Below are positions 28,052-38,209 of a DNA stretch of 64,000 bases, piece after piece. Each line of letters starts with the position of its first letter. Within the stretch, counting starts at the first letter, position 1. Source of the DNA: Candidatus Magasanikiibacteriota bacterium (GTDB lineage Bacteria > Patescibacteriota > Patescibacteriia > Magasanikbacterales > GWA2-37-8). Made by a program: the position numbers and the translations under genes. Below the pieces are notes generated by a model. It was not told where the DNA came from, did no database searches, and worked only from the letters and a program-made list of their open reading frames with translations. The DNA lies in the NCBI GenBank assembly GCA_030650025.1, contig JAUSEN010000024.1:563-64562 (forward strand), read 5' to 3'.

Positions 28052-28094
28052 AAACAATTAACAAATAACAATTAACAAATAACAATAACGAAGT

Positions 28095-28289
28095 TTAGTA
28101 ACGGGGGAGAGCGGTTTCAATCGTGTAACGGATAGTACGGCTCGCGGTGACATCGCGGCGTTTGTTGCGGCCAACTTTGCCAGACTCGCGCGAGTTAAAA
28201 TGCGCCTGGCCAGAAACGCGCTTGAGGATCTTGCCGGTTCTGGTAACTTTGAATCGCTTGGCAATCGCTTGGTTGGTTTTCTGCTTCAT
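28095..28289 (-). CDS. rpmI: 50S ribosomal protein L35
   Basis: MKQKTNQAIAKRFKVTRTGKI matches L35. Confidence 0.9.
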   Translation of the reverse strand: MKQKTNQAIAKRFKVTRTGKILKRVSGQAHFNSRESGKVGRNKRRDVTASRTIRYTIETALPRY

Positions 28290-28310
28290 AAAAAAATATT
28301 TTTTTATTTA

Positions 28311-28949
28311 TTAGGCCTTGGCAATGATGGCGGTAATTTTGTTAGCTTGGCGTTCAATGGCCTGTTCGAACCTGACCGGGTGTATAGCGGTGATGTCGTT
28401 TACAAATTGGCGGACAACTTCCATAGCGCGGGAAATTTGCTGTTGTTCGCGGCCGCGCATCATGAGCTCGATTTTAACTTTGTTGCCGTCGTTTAAAAAT
28501 TTGATAGTTTGATTTTTGCGGATGTCAATGTCGTTTTTACCAATGCGGAGCGACAGCCGGACACCTTTGGTTTCCACCACATGCTGATGCGCTTTGGCCA
28601 GGCGCGCTTCTTTTTCTTGTTGGTAACGAAACTGGCCAAAATCCATCATTTTGCAAACCGGTGGGTCAATTTTGGGGTTAATTTCTACCAGGTCCATGGC
28701 CGCGGCGCGCGCGGCTTGAATGGCTTTCGCGGTTGGCATTATTCCTAAATTACCGCCGCTCTCGTTTAAAACCAAAACTTGAGGCGCGGTAATTTGTTCG
28801 TTACTGCGGTACATTTTTTTTGGCTCTTCTTTTTTGCGGCGGTGGGTGATGCGCATGCGATAAAAATTTACAGCTTTATTTACCTGTCTAGAATGCCGCA
28901 ATTCTATCACAGTTAAGCCAAAATAGTCAAGAGGGGAAGAACGCCGCAA
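28311..28949 (-). CDS. infC: Translation initiation factor IF-3 (the true start is probably internal or non-AUG)
   Basis: SNEQITAPQVLVL...MDLVEINPKIDPPVCKMMDFGQFRYQQEKE matches IF-3. Confidence 0.85.
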   Translation of the reverse strand: MRRSSPLDYFGLTVIELRHSRQVNKAVNFYRMRITHRRKKEEPKKMYRSNEQITAPQVLVLNESGGNLGIMPTAKAIQAARAAAMDLVEINPKIDPPVCKMMDFGQFRYQQEKEARLAKAHQHVVETKGVRLSLRIGKNDIDIRKNQTIKFLNDGNKVKIELMMRGREQQQISRAMEVVRQFVNDITAIHPVRFEQAIERQANKITAIIAKA

Positions 28950-28971
28950 ATAAAAGACATTCTATTTTTAT

Positions 28972-29223
28972 TTAAGGTTTTAACCCGGCGATCAGATGTT
29001 CTTTTTTTATTCTAGACCACTTTTTAATTTGCAATTCGCGGCGATGTGCTGTGAGGTAATTAGGATATGTTTCGGAATATACTATTGCGCCCTCTCCGTG
29101 GACATTAAACCAGTGTGCCCCAGCACCAGAGTTGTGTCGCGCAATTCTTTGCTCGAGGCTATTAGTGCAGCCGATGTATAGAGAAGCGTCTTTACAACGA
29201 GCGATATAAAAATAATGGGACAT
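28972..29223 (-). CDS. GIY-YIG nuclease domain protein (YhbQ-like)
   Basis: YFYIARCKDASLYIGCTNSLEQRIARHN matches the GIY-YIG domain. Confidence 0.75.
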   Translation of the reverse strand: MSHYFYIARCKDASLYIGCTNSLEQRIARHNSGAGAHWFNVHGEGAIVYSETYPNYLTAHRRELQIKKWSRIKKEHLIAGLKP

Positions 29224-29363
29224 AAAATTTACGTGCCTCTCGATTCGTCGCTGCGCTCCTCACTCGAGGCACTCGCCTCGGCAACTGTTAAATTTGGTCG
29301 CAGGTTTTTTCCGAAGAAAAAACCGAAGACCACGAGCGAGGCCATTCGCATGGCCGAGTCGAG

Positions 29364-29762
29364 TGGAAGTGATGGGAGTTGAACCCATGTCTAGCAGTCA
29401 GTACCTTTGCCGTCTACATACGTAGTTTTCTTAAGATACGGGTATGCGGTGATAAGAAAACGAAATCCGCACACGAGAATCGGCCAACAGTTCGGTGGCG
29501 CTCGGGCCGGTGGCAAGCTTCACCTACGCTTCGTGAGTGACACCGTGCTACCCCTACGAAGTCTTGGGGCGACGATGGCAAATGGCCCTTAGGCCATTGC
29601 GGGCGCGAAGCTAAAGCCGCTAAACAAGTTAGCGATCTTGTTGCTTACGCGAGCAAGTAAGTTGTTAGCACTTATTGCGTTTCCTCCCGTGATTAACGAG
29701 GATAGGAGGACTCCTCGGTATGCGGAACAATGATACTGCCACTGTCGAAACCCGGCACTCCC
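29364..29762 (-). ncRNA. ssrA: tmRNA (SsrA)
   Basis: The 5' end reads GGGAGUGCCGGGUUUCGAC. The 3' end has a tRNA-like T-arm GGGUUCAACUCCC and an acceptor with a G3:U70 pair. An internal tag-like reading frame encodes (A)NLFSGFSFAPAMA followed by a stop. The gene is adjacent to smpB. Confidence 0.7.
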
Positions 29763-29898
29763 AAAACTTTCTATTTTGGCGCACTTCGTTGTCGCGGCCT
29801 CCGCGCCTCGCTCGCCGTAGTCTTGGCTATGCCTCGCTACGGTGCTCGGCCGCTCCTAGAATTGCGCTCAAAATATAAAGTTTTAATTGTTGAATAAT

Positions 29899-30342
29899 TT
29901 ATCGCCGCGCTAGTTTTTGTTTTTCTCGCGCGAAGTCGCGTTTTTTAATGGCGGTGCGTTTATCGAATTTTTGTTTGCCGCGCGCCACGGCAATTTCTAG
30001 CTTGATAAAACGGCCTTTAGTGTACACCTTCAAGGGCACAATTGTCAACCCCGCTTCTTGCGCTTTGGCTTTTAAATAATAAATTTCTTTTTTGGATAAT
30101 AATAATTTGCGGCTGGCGGTGGGGTCGTAGTCTTTTAAGATTCCGGCGGATTTATAAGGGGCAATTTGGGCGCCGGTTAAATACGGCAGAGCGCCCCGAA
30201 AGGTAACAAACGCGCCTTTGATGGTGAAACCGCCAGCGCGCGCGCTTTTGGTTTCTTGGCCGGTTAATACTAAACCGGCCTCGAAGATTTTTTGAATTTC
30301 GTAATCAAAGCGGATTTTTTTATTTTCGGATAGAGTGGGCAT
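29899..30342 (-). CDS. smpB: SsrA-binding protein
   Basis: FDYEI...ASRKLLLSKKEI matches SmpB. Confidence 0.9.
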   Translation of the reverse strand: MPTLSENKKIRFDYEIQKIFEAGLVLTGQETKSARAGGFTIKGAFVTFRGALPYLTGAQIAPYKSAGILKDYDPTASRKLLLSKKEIYYLKAKAQEAGLTIVPLKVYTKGRFIKLEIAVARGKQKFDKRTAIKKRDFAREKQKLARR

Positions 30343-30506
30343 AACAGTTTGGTTGTGATTTTGTTGGCACTATAACATATCAATTTTACTTAAGCAACGA
30401 ATTTAGGTTTTGTGTTTAGGTTTTGTAATAATTAATATTGTTAACCGAGCGCGGAGAGAAACCGGAGAGAGTTGAAATTATTTAGATAATTAGATATAAT
30501 TAGGTA

Positions 30507-31325
30507 ATGAGAACATTTCTTAAGACTATTTCGCTCCACCCGAGGCTGGTAGCGGGTATTGATATATTACTCGGTCTGGGGTTTATTTTGTGGCTGAAAA
30601 ATTTGGACCGGATTTTGTTTTTTATAGAAGTGCGCCCCTGGGTTGGTTTTTGGTTGTGGTTTTTAACGCGCCTTGGGCTTTGGGCGGTAATGATTAAAAG
30701 CGTTTACTTCCCGCCTATTTTTTCGCGTTGGCGGCATTGGTTGACGTTATTTTTGTTTTGGCTCGGGGTGAGTAGCCTGCTCATTTTTGTGGATTGGCCC
30801 GTGGCCTGGTATGTGATAGCGGCTTTCTCGGTGGCGGCGCCGGCTTTGAGTTTTGCCATGATAGAGCGAGAAGCCAGCGGCCTGCCTTTTTTGCAAAAAC
30901 CCTGGCGCCGTCTGCGCTTAATTTTGGCGGTGGCGGGCGTCGCGGGGATTTTAAGCGGCCTATTCGCGGCGGAAATGTTTCAAATTATTCCTTCGCACTT
31001 GTGGTGGACGCCGATTTTGGTCAGTTTAGCCACGGGTTTGATCGCCGAGTGGTGGTGGAGCGAGTACGAGGTGCCGCCCGAAAAAACGCGCCGCGCGTTT
31101 TTGGTTTTTGTGATAATTTTCACGGAATTAATTTTTATTGTCCGCTCTTGGCCGCTTGGTTATTTTGCCAGCGGATTTTTAAGCACCTGGATATGGTTTG
31201 TAGGCTGGCTGATGCTCCGATTTTACTTAAGCCCCGAGGGCATAAAGTGGAATCGCCAGGCGCCGTTTTTGGCGATTAATTTTGGGATTTTAGTGGTGTT
31301 TTTATACGTGGTTCGTTGGCATTAA
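30507..31325 (+). CDS. Polytopic membrane protein, hypothetical
   Basis: Seven to eight hydrophobic helices are present, and the sequence is Trp-rich. Confidence 0.4.
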   Translation: MRTFLKTISLHPRLVAGIDILLGLGFILWLKNLDRILFFIEVRPWVGFWLWFLTRLGLWAVMIKSVYFPPIFSRWRHWLTLFLFWLGVSSLLIFVDWPVAWYVIAAFSVAAPALSFAMIEREASGLPFLQKPWRRLRLILAVAGVAGILSGLFAAEMFQIIPSHLWWTPILVSLATGLIAEWWWSEYEVPPEKTRRAFLVFVIIFTELIFIVRSWPLGYFASGFLSTWIWFVGWLMLRFYLSPEGIKWNRQAPFLAINFGILVVFLYVVRWH

Positions 31326-31349
31326 GGTCGCGCTTTAGTCACACTTCAT

Positions 31350-32426
31350 ATGAAATTCTTTTTTCCTCCTCACTTACCACCGCCGAGCTCTAGCTTAGAG
31401 TGGCATCGCCAATACCAGTTTTTAAAAATTTTTTTGGCGATTGCCGCGCTCTCGGTCGCGGCGGGCTTTGCCGGCGCGGCCGGGCTGCTTGGTTTTGTAT
31501 GGCCGCGCGCCGGAGGTTATGAATATGGCTACCAGCCCGCTACCGGCCGGGAAGCGCCGAGAAACGCGCTCTCCGATAGCGTGGAGCGCGAGCTCTCCGA
31601 AAGCGTCGCTCTGGTTTATAGCGGTACCACCCTTAAAAGCGGCGTTGAAGTAATGGCGAGCGGGCAAAAATTAGGCTTAGCCTTGGTAGTCTCGAGCGAT
31701 GGCTGGCTAGTGATGCCAAAACCTTTAAAGGCGAGTGCCGCCAAAAATTGGCGCGTACTTTTGAACAGCGGCGCGCGCTATAAAGTTTCGCGCGCAGTGA
31801 GCGACGACAATGCCGGGTTATTATTTTTGCAGGTATCACCCGAGAGCGAGCAGGCGAAAAATAATTGGCTCCGGCCCGCGGTGTTTTCGGACAAAATAGT
31901 TTTGCCTGCGTCACTGTGGGCTCGCACGAGCGAGGGTTTTGGCGAAGTTCTGGCCGAGCACCCTGCAGTTACAGCGCGGACTATTCCGCACTTGGATTAC
32001 GCTTTTACTCCGGGATATATTTTAAACCAGACTTTGCCCGCGGGTTCTATTTTGATAAATGTCAACGGACAAGTGGTCGGAATAGTTCAGGACAAAGAAC
32101 GGATGCTCCCGGCGAGCTTCCTGGCGCGCGCTTGGGAGGGCGTGCGCGAGAGCGGCCAAGCAGTATATTATAGTTTGGGGGTAGAGGGCTGGTTTAGTGA
32201 AGAAGAACCATTTTTTATAGCGGGCAAGGCTTGGAATGGGTTTTATGTTAGCCGGGTGGTATCAGGCGAGAACCCGCTCGCGCGCGGTGATGTGATTTTA
32301 GAATTGAATGGGGAACTCGCGACCGCGGATTCTTGGCAAGAAAATTTACTCCCGCCGGCTGTTAAAGCGCTGGTTTTACGGGCTGGACAAAAATTGGAAA
32401 TTTCAGTTCCGGTTGTTAAAAAATAG
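31350..32426 (+). CDS. Secreted HtrA/DegP-like (trypsin-fold plus PDZ) protein, with a probably degenerate catalytic site
   Basis: There is a signal or transmembrane segment, trypsin-like segments (YSGTTLKSGV...DDNAGLLFLQV) and a C-terminal PDZ-like region (GDVILELNGE). No GNSGGP motif is present. Confidence 0.3.
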   Translation: MKFFFPPHLPPPSSSLEWHRQYQFLKIFLAIAALSVAAGFAGAAGLLGFVWPRAGGYEYGYQPATGREAPRNALSDSVERELSESVALVYSGTTLKSGVEVMASGQKLGLALVVSSDGWLVMPKPLKASAAKNWRVLLNSGARYKVSRAVSDDNAGLLFLQVSPESEQAKNNWLRPAVFSDKIVLPASLWARTSEGFGEVLAEHPAVTARTIPHLDYAFTPGYILNQTLPAGSILINVNGQVVGIVQDKERMLPASFLARAWEGVRESGQAVYYSLGVEGWFSEEEPFFIAGKAWNGFYVSRVVSGENPLARGDVILELNGELATADSWQENLLPPAVKALVLRAGQKLEISVPVVKK

Positions 32427-32601
32427 TAAAATTAGCTATATCCGCTATTGACAAGCATCATATTCTGTGGTATAGTGGGCTGTTTTAGCAAAAAAGCTAT
32501 TTTATCCACACCTATGTAACATAAAAACTATAAAGTTTGGAAAGTGCCTAAAAATGTGGTATAATAAAAACTCATTTATTAATAATTTAGCCAAATAATA
32601 T

Positions 32602-33903
32602 ATGGCCAGAGATGTAAGTTCAATTGGAGCGGATCTTGGCGAAGATCAAGAGGCTTCGGAAGAAGCCCATAACGAAGAGGCGTTTAATGAATTTTTGGAT
32701 AAACTGAATACGGACCAGGATCTAAAAGATTTGGGTTATTCTAATTTAAGCCCAGACGACCCCAGGCGCGAAGAAGTTCGGGCGGAACTGTACCAGGTTT
32801 TTAAATTATCAGAAAAAGCTAAAGACGTTATCCCTGCCATGCTGGAGTCGGTTTTAGAAGAGGACTTAAGCAAGGTAGGAATGAGCCTGGAATTAAAAGA
32901 CGCGGATAAGGATAAGATTGTTAAGTATTTTATTAAAGAGGGATTAGACCAGAACAAGCGTGACCGCGTGTTGGAAATTTTGGACCGCGTCGCCGAGCAA
33001 CAGCAAGTGCGCGCGGAGAATGCCAAAAAAGAATCCGCGCTTAACAAATTAATTAACAAGCGCTTCCGGAATAAGCCTGGCTACACCGTGGAGAGCAAAC
33101 AGAAGTTTTTGGATATGATGACGGAAGCTAAGAAAGCTTTGCCAACTGGTTTAAAACGCTTGTGGCCTGGCAACTGGCTTCGCAGTGAAGAGCAGGCTGA
33201 CCTTATTAAACGCTTGGACGTTAAGTTTGGCGTGAATCTTAGCGTGATTGATGAAGAGATCGCGTTCATGCAAGAGCATATTAAACAGCATGAGGACTTA
33301 CAAGAAATTAAAAATGGCGCTCAAGAAGCGCGCCACGCGCTTTTGAGTAATATTGCTGTTATTGAAGACATATTCAAAGGGCCTGGCGGGATCCGCGAGA
33401 CCGTAGCTAAACAGTTTAAAGATTTAGCCGAGGGTAATGCGGCGGCGGGTTTAACTGCCAAGCCCCGCGAGGCCATCGCGGCTTTAAATCGGTTTAAGGG
33501 GACTAAAGACGCGAGCGGCGCGGAAAAAACTAAAGGCATTGAAAAGAAAAACGCTCCGATGCCAGCGGATGCAATTGTTAGCGGTGGCAAAACCGAGTTT
33601 TCGGTAGATTATCTTGGTAAATCCACAGTGGATCAGAAAAAATTAAGGGACTCTTTGCAAGCAGAGGTTAAAGCCAAAGTTGTGGCTAAGCTTAACAGCC
33701 CGGATGTTAAAAAGGGTAACGCTGTTAATGAATTAATCTCGGCGTTTGACGAGATTATTGGCTATGAAGCGGACGCGCCCGAAACGCGCGAACAGTTGAT
33801 GAAGGTATTAAAAGAAGAATGGAAAACAATGGCGGACAAAACCAAAAAAGCGCTGGTGGCGGATGTTATTAATAAGCTGAACAAGCGGGCGGCTAAATCT
33901 TAA
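32602..33903 (+). CDS. Hypothetical, highly charged (Lys/Glu/Asp-rich) cytoplasmic protein
   Basis: ORF only. Confidence 0.35.
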   Translation: MARDVSSIGADLGEDQEASEEAHNEEAFNEFLDKLNTDQDLKDLGYSNLSPDDPRREEVRAELYQVFKLSEKAKDVIPAMLESVLEEDLSKVGMSLELKDADKDKIVKYFIKEGLDQNKRDRVLEILDRVAEQQQVRAENAKKESALNKLINKRFRNKPGYTVESKQKFLDMMTEAKKALPTGLKRLWPGNWLRSEEQADLIKRLDVKFGVNLSVIDEEIAFMQEHIKQHEDLQEIKNGAQEARHALLSNIAVIEDIFKGPGGIRETVAKQFKDLAEGNAAAGLTAKPREAIAALNRFKGTKDASGAEKTKGIEKKNAPMPADAIVSGGKTEFSVDYLGKSTVDQKKLRDSLQAEVKAKVVAKLNSPDVKKGNAVNELISAFDEIIGYEADAPETREQLMKVLKEEWKTMADKTKKALVADVINKLNKRAAKS

Positions 33904-33957
33904 TGTAATGCTTTTTTGATATACTCTTAAATTTAGCCTTAATTTAAAACAAATTTT

Positions 33958-34251
33958 ATGCATGATATTATTAGTAACATCACCAAGCTAATTAAAGCTA
34001 AGCGCTGGGACGATGTTAAAAAAGAATTGCACGCGTTTTTCGCTTCCGGAGTTACCGGCGAAACCGACAGCGCCAAGTTCGTGAATTTTGTGGACGCTTA
34101 CGTGACCGTGAGCTTGGAAATGGAAAAAATGTACGGCCAGGAGCTCGATAAAGCGATGGCCACTCTGCAAGCGCTTAATAAAACCGAAGCGGAGGTTGAC
34201 GACGCGATGGATTTAGAAAAAGTTCAACAAAAAATCAAAGACATTGGTTAA
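33958..34251 (+). CDS. Hypothetical small protein
   Basis: ORF only. Confidence 0.3.
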   Translation: MHDIISNITKLIKAKRWDDVKKELHAFFASGVTGETDSAKFVNFVDAYVTVSLEMEKMYGQELDKAMATLQALNKTEAEVDDAMDLEKVQQKIKDIG

Positions 34252-34265
34252 GTTAATAATTTTTT

Positions 34266-34880
34266 ATGTTTCACTTGCTGATCAAAAACGCGCGCGTGCT
34301 TTTAATTTGGGGTTTGCTGGTGGCAGTCCTGTCGGCGGTAGTAAGTATTTTACTGCCGACTTTTTACGGCGCCGAAGCGCAGGTGTTGATTATTAGCCGC
34401 GACCGCGCCAACAGCGACCAATACGCTCAGGCGCGCTCGGCCGAACTGGTGGGCCAAACGATCGCGCAAGTGATGCAAACCGAGGATTTTTATAATAAAG
34501 TAATGGGGGAGACGGCCGCGGATTTTGATAAAACCCGCTGGCAGAATTTGGGAGGAAGAGAGCGCCAAAAAAAGTGGCAGCGCGATGTGGTGGGAAACGT
34601 GGTATACGGCACCAGTCTACTCAAAATTAGAGCTTATAGCAAAACCGAGAGTGACGCCGGGCTCTTCGCGACGGCGGTCGCGCAAACCGTGGCGAGCCGC
34701 GGCTGGGAATACGTCGGCGCGGATATAAATTTTAAATTAGTGGATAACCCCGTGGTTTCGCCCTGGCTAACGCGGCCCAATTGGAAATTAAACAGCCTCC
34801 TTGGCGGCGCGGTGGGTTTGATAATCGCGAGCATCTGGGTGGCGCGCTACAAACGGCACGTTCTACTTTCTAAAATCTAA
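34266..34880 (+). CDS. Wzz/chain-length-determinant-like bitopic membrane protein
   Basis: An N-terminal transmembrane helix, a periplasmic region and a C-terminal transmembrane helix (LLGGAVGLIIASIWVA) are present. Confidence 0.35.
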   Translation: MFHLLIKNARVLLIWGLLVAVLSAVVSILLPTFYGAEAQVLIISRDRANSDQYAQARSAELVGQTIAQVMQTEDFYNKVMGETAADFDKTRWQNLGGRERQKKWQRDVVGNVVYGTSLLKIRAYSKTESDAGLFATAVAQTVASRGWEYVGADINFKLVDNPVVSPWLTRPNWKLNSLLGGAVGLIIASIWVARYKRHVLLSKI

Positions 34881-34890
34881 AATTTAAAAT

Positions 34891-36537
34891 ATGGCTTCTC
34901 CGGAAAGCGGCCATGGTGGCGGGGGGCATGGTAAAGAAAAAAAGAAACCAAGAAGATCTATTTTAGAAGGGCCGCCTGTAAGGGATTCGGTAGATTCGAT
35001 GAGAGAGCAAATAGAAAATGTAGATAATCCCGATTACCCGCGCAAGCCTAAGCCGCCGGAAGATTGGACAGTGCCCTACCACCGGAAATACCGCCGAGCC
35101 GGGATTTTTGGCACGCTCCTCGCAGGAGCGATGGCAATTGGCTACCCTATTTATAAAGAATTGAATCCAGATAGAGCCCCTCGGATCGGCGCTAAGCCAA
35201 GCCCGGGTGGTAGCGATAAGAATAAAAGTCCAGCAAGTGAACAACCCCGCGGGTCTGCTAGCACTCCGAGCCAGGCGGCACCCGAGAGATTTAATGAAGC
35301 GATCGCGGCGGATGACGCGCGCGTGGCTGAAGAAGAGGCTAATCATAAAGCGGCAGAGGAAGCGGAAGTGGCGCCAGTGGCCGCGCCAGACGCCGGAGAA
35401 GCTCCCGCAACAGCTGCGGCAACCACAGAAGCAGAAGAACCGAGCGCGCCAGTTGTTTCAGCAGAGCCAGCGGTTACCGAGGAGAGTGGGGAAGAAGAAA
35501 ATACCGGAGTAAGCGGTCTCACGGATGCTTCGGGTCGGTACAGATTAAAAATAAATGTACCCGGTTTGCCGGCTGGTTATAATTTAAATTTTAATAGAGC
35601 GCCAGGGCCAGCCATCGCGGCGAACGCGAACACTCTAGAGGTAGCGGCAGTTAAAGAAAAACCTTTGGGGCCAGAAGTTATTCCGATTGATTTAGCTCCG
35701 ACGGAAACTTTAGCCACGCAAATGGTAGCCGGCGAGCCCGTGCAAGTTTTGGCGGGGCGCTATTCGCGAGAAGAAATTACTCGAGCTCTCAATCACGCGC
35801 GCATTTTGGAACAGCGCATCATGGCGGCGAAAGATTTGCGTTCAGAATACGCCCCTAATCCGGCTGGCGCCCGGGCGGCCGCGCAAAAGCTGAAGCAAAC
35901 TAAAGAAGAACTAGCCGCGTTTCGTTTAGGACTGTTGCGCGGGGAAGAAGTAAGTTTTGCGGAACGCGATTTGCGCGAAATTGGGCCTGGTGTCTATCAC
36001 GAAGCTGTTAAAGCGGAATTGCGCGAGGCGATTGATGCCACGGTGGGGCAAGCCATGATAGCTAAAAAAGATAGCGGGAAAAGTTTGACAGAAATTTTGC
36101 CAGTCGGCAGTGGAGACGCTCATACAAAACCGGAACCGCTCGTCGTGCGTATTGTTAGGGAAGGAGAAGCAACGCGAGTGGAAGTCCCCGCTGATTCATT
36201 TACACTCGCGCAGTACGCGGCGTTGTTTGACGCCCCCGAGCGTTTTGTTCATAGCGGATTATTTAAAGCCAAAATTGACTTTGAGAAACCAGCGGGAGTG
36301 GCTCCAGATAAACGCGCGGCGTGGCAAAGAGAAGCCAAACGAGAACTTCCGCGGGCCACAGTTTTAAAAAAAGTTTTAGGTCAGACTCCGGTCGGTACGC
36401 AAGCTTACGAAGCGGTGAAAGCCGAATTGCAAGCAGTGGTAGTGAGGCTAACAACCTCGTTTGGCGCGCGGCCAGCGGACTTATTTGATTCTAAACTTTT
36501 GGATAGATTAGATATTGTTTGGGAAGATAAAAAATAG
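34891..36537 (+). CDS. Hypothetical protein with a Gly/Lys-rich N-terminus and Ala/Glu/Pro-rich low-complexity sequence
   Basis: It is an ORF only, with a terminator hairpin at 36551-36596. Confidence 0.35.
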   Translation: MASPESGHGGGGHGKEKKKPRRSILEGPPVRDSVDSMREQIENVDNPDYPRKPKPPEDWTVPYHRKYRRAGIFGTLLAGAMAIGYPIYKELNPDRAPRIGAKPSPGGSDKNKSPASEQPRGSASTPSQAAPERFNEAIAADDARVAEEEANHKAAEEAEVAPVAAPDAGEAPATAAATTEAEEPSAPVVSAEPAVTEESGEEENTGVSGLTDASGRYRLKINVPGLPAGYNLNFNRAPGPAIAANANTLEVAAVKEKPLGPEVIPIDLAPTETLATQMVAGEPVQVLAGRYSREEITRALNHARILEQRIMAAKDLRSEYAPNPAGARAAAQKLKQTKEELAAFRLGLLRGEEVSFAERDLREIGPGVYHEAVKAELREAIDATVGQAMIAKKDSGKSLTEILPVGSGDAHTKPEPLVVRIVREGEATRVEVPADSFTLAQYAALFDAPERFVHSGLFKAKIDFEKPAGVAPDKRAAWQREAKRELPRATVLKKVLGQTPVGTQAYEAVKAELQAVVVRLTTSFGARPADLFDSKLLDRLDIVWEDKK

Positions 36538-36550
36538 CCTAATTTGAGAT

Positions 36551-36596
36551 AAAAAATCGCGAAAATCCCGTGTGCCTAAGGCAAGCGGGATTTTTT
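36551..36596 (+). terminator. Rho-independent terminator (aaaatcccg...cgggatttttt)
   Basis: Inverted repeat plus a T-run. Confidence 0.5.
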
Positions 36597-36800
36597 GGCT
36601 ATGCACAGCTATTTTAAGGCTTAGACATTGACAAAAAGCTGATTTTGTGTTATATTGATTTGTCCTGCAAAATGCGGGAAAAGGGTCGGTAAAAGCGCCC
36701 AAAATTATTTAGGCATTTTTACGGACCCCGAGGAACCTCTGTTACAGAGACCTTGACGGGAACCACCACCTACCTGGCGCGATCGCCAGAGGAGGAAGCC

Positions 36801-37850
36801 ATGAAGATCATGGCCGAGAACTGGAAGCACGCGGCGATCGCACTCGCCGCTCTGTTCACCTTGTTCGCGGGTGCGACCGCGAACGCCGAAGACGGCGACC
36901 AGTCCGTTTTCTACGCGGCTGCCACGCCTCCGCTCCCCGCGCCGGCTCCGACCACGATCGCCGTTCCGCTCACGGAGGCGGAGAGGGCCACCCTGGCCGA
37001 GTGCCGGCAGATCGAGGCCAAGCGGCCTGCCCGGCCGCGCAAGGCTCTGAAGTCGGCGCCCAAGATGAGCGACGACTGTCGGAAAATCTGGGCGGCGGCC
37101 CAGAAGGCCTTCGGGAATGGGCGCTTTGGCGAGGCGCTCCGACTCTTCCACAAGGGCATGGAAGAGTGCGGCCAGCCGGCCTGGCGTTTCAACGCCGGCG
37201 CGACCCACAAGGCGCTCACGCGCTACGTGGGGTGCAATCCGCAGAACATCGCGGAAGCGCGGCGGGAGGTCGCGGAGTACATCGCCGCGGCCACGGAGGA
37301 CGAACAAACGCGGAGGCTCCTGCGGGAGATTGACGCGTTCGAGAAGTCCTGCCAGGCAGCTGACGCGGAGCCGCCTGAACGGAAGCCGGCGCCGGTGGCC
37401 GACGCCCAGCCTACTGGGAGCGGCCCGCCGCCCGCCTGCCCGCCCACGCAGGTCGTCTGCCCGACGGTGCCCCCGTGCCCGTCGTGCCCGAACTGCGAGC
37501 TCACCTGCCCGCCCATGCAGGTGAACTGCCCCACCGGCGCGTTGCCCACCGCGCCGCCTCCGCCGGCTCCTTCCCAGGAGCCGCAACCGCCCCCCCTGCC
37601 CCCGGTGCAGGAGCGCCGGGTCGTCCCTCTGCCCGAGTCGGACGACCCCCCGCCCGTCCCGGCTAGGAGGGCCAAGCCCCCCTGCCAGAAATGCCCGCCG
37701 CCTGGACCTTTCCAGGACGGCGACAGCATCGTCGGCAAGGCCAGGGGCTTTGAGCGCGCGGGGCGCGCGCTCAAAGAGAAGTGGGACGCGCGGGCAACGC
37801 GTCTCGAAACCAAAGCGGCGGCGGCCGAGGCGGCCGCCGCCCAGCCGTAA
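36801..37850 (+). CDS. Secreted Pro/Cys-rich protein encoded by a roughly 70% GC ORF (GC-rich cassette 1)
   Basis: A ribosome-binding site (gaggagga) precedes the ORF. A signal peptide (MKIMAENWKHAAIALAALFTLFAGATANA) and CPxxP/PPCP-type motifs are present. The ORF ends at the shared 3' stem-loop element. Confidence 0.5.
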   Translation: MKIMAENWKHAAIALAALFTLFAGATANAEDGDQSVFYAAATPPLPAPAPTTIAVPLTEAERATLAECRQIEAKRPARPRKALKSAPKMSDDCRKIWAAAQKAFGNGRFGEALRLFHKGMEECGQPAWRFNAGATHKALTRYVGCNPQNIAEARREVAEYIAAATEDEQTRRLLREIDAFEKSCQAADAEPPERKPAPVADAQPTGSGPPPACPPTQVVCPTVPPCPSCPNCELTCPPMQVNCPTGALPTAPPPPAPSQEPQPPPLPPVQERRVVPLPESDDPPPVPARRAKPPCQKCPPPGPFQDGDSIVGKARGFERAGRALKEKWDARATRLETKAAAAEAAAAQP

Positions 37851-37937
37851 ACATCTGCCCTGTTCGCGGGGCGCTGCGCAGAAAGCGCACAAACAGCCTC
37901 TTCGGCTGATGCGCCGATGAGGCGCAAACACGAACTT

Positions 37938-37990
37938 GGGGACGAGAATGAGAATTTTCAGGACTAGCAAAACTCGTCTCCTCCCCAATT
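37938..37990 (+). repeat. Conserved 3' stem-loop element (ggggacgagaatgagaattttcaggactagcaaaactcgtctcctccccaattgt), copy 1
   Basis: It is nearly identical to 39842-39893, and a partial match lies at 42410-42445. Confidence 0.6.
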
Positions 37991-38209
37991 GTTCTCGGGT
38001 TTTATAAACGTGAGAATTGAAGGGATTTATAACAATTTGATCTTTGAAAAAATTAAAAACAAAAAAGAACTCCCTTGCGGGAGTTCCGAGATTCAGAGCA
38101 GCTTTGCTACGACTAAGATTATCAACAAATGAATGATAACATCACTGTAATGTTATGTCAAATAATTTATCCACAAAAACAAAAGCCCCGAATTTATCAG
38201 GGCTTTAGA

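Noticed and set aside
28058-28264. 68-aa minus-strand ORF overlapping rpmI in another frame.
   Set aside because: L35 at 28095-28289 is the clearly homologous frame.
36705-37988. Long Arg/Gly-rich minus-strand ORF of 427 aa, plus similar long antisense or overlapping ORFs at 37223-37927, 38633-39937, 38688-39833 and 40602-42443.
   Set aside because: These are antisense and alternative-frame artefacts of the roughly 70% GC cassettes, which are poor in stop codons. The plus-strand ORFs have a ribosome-binding site, a signal peptide and a shared N-terminus, and these frames do not.
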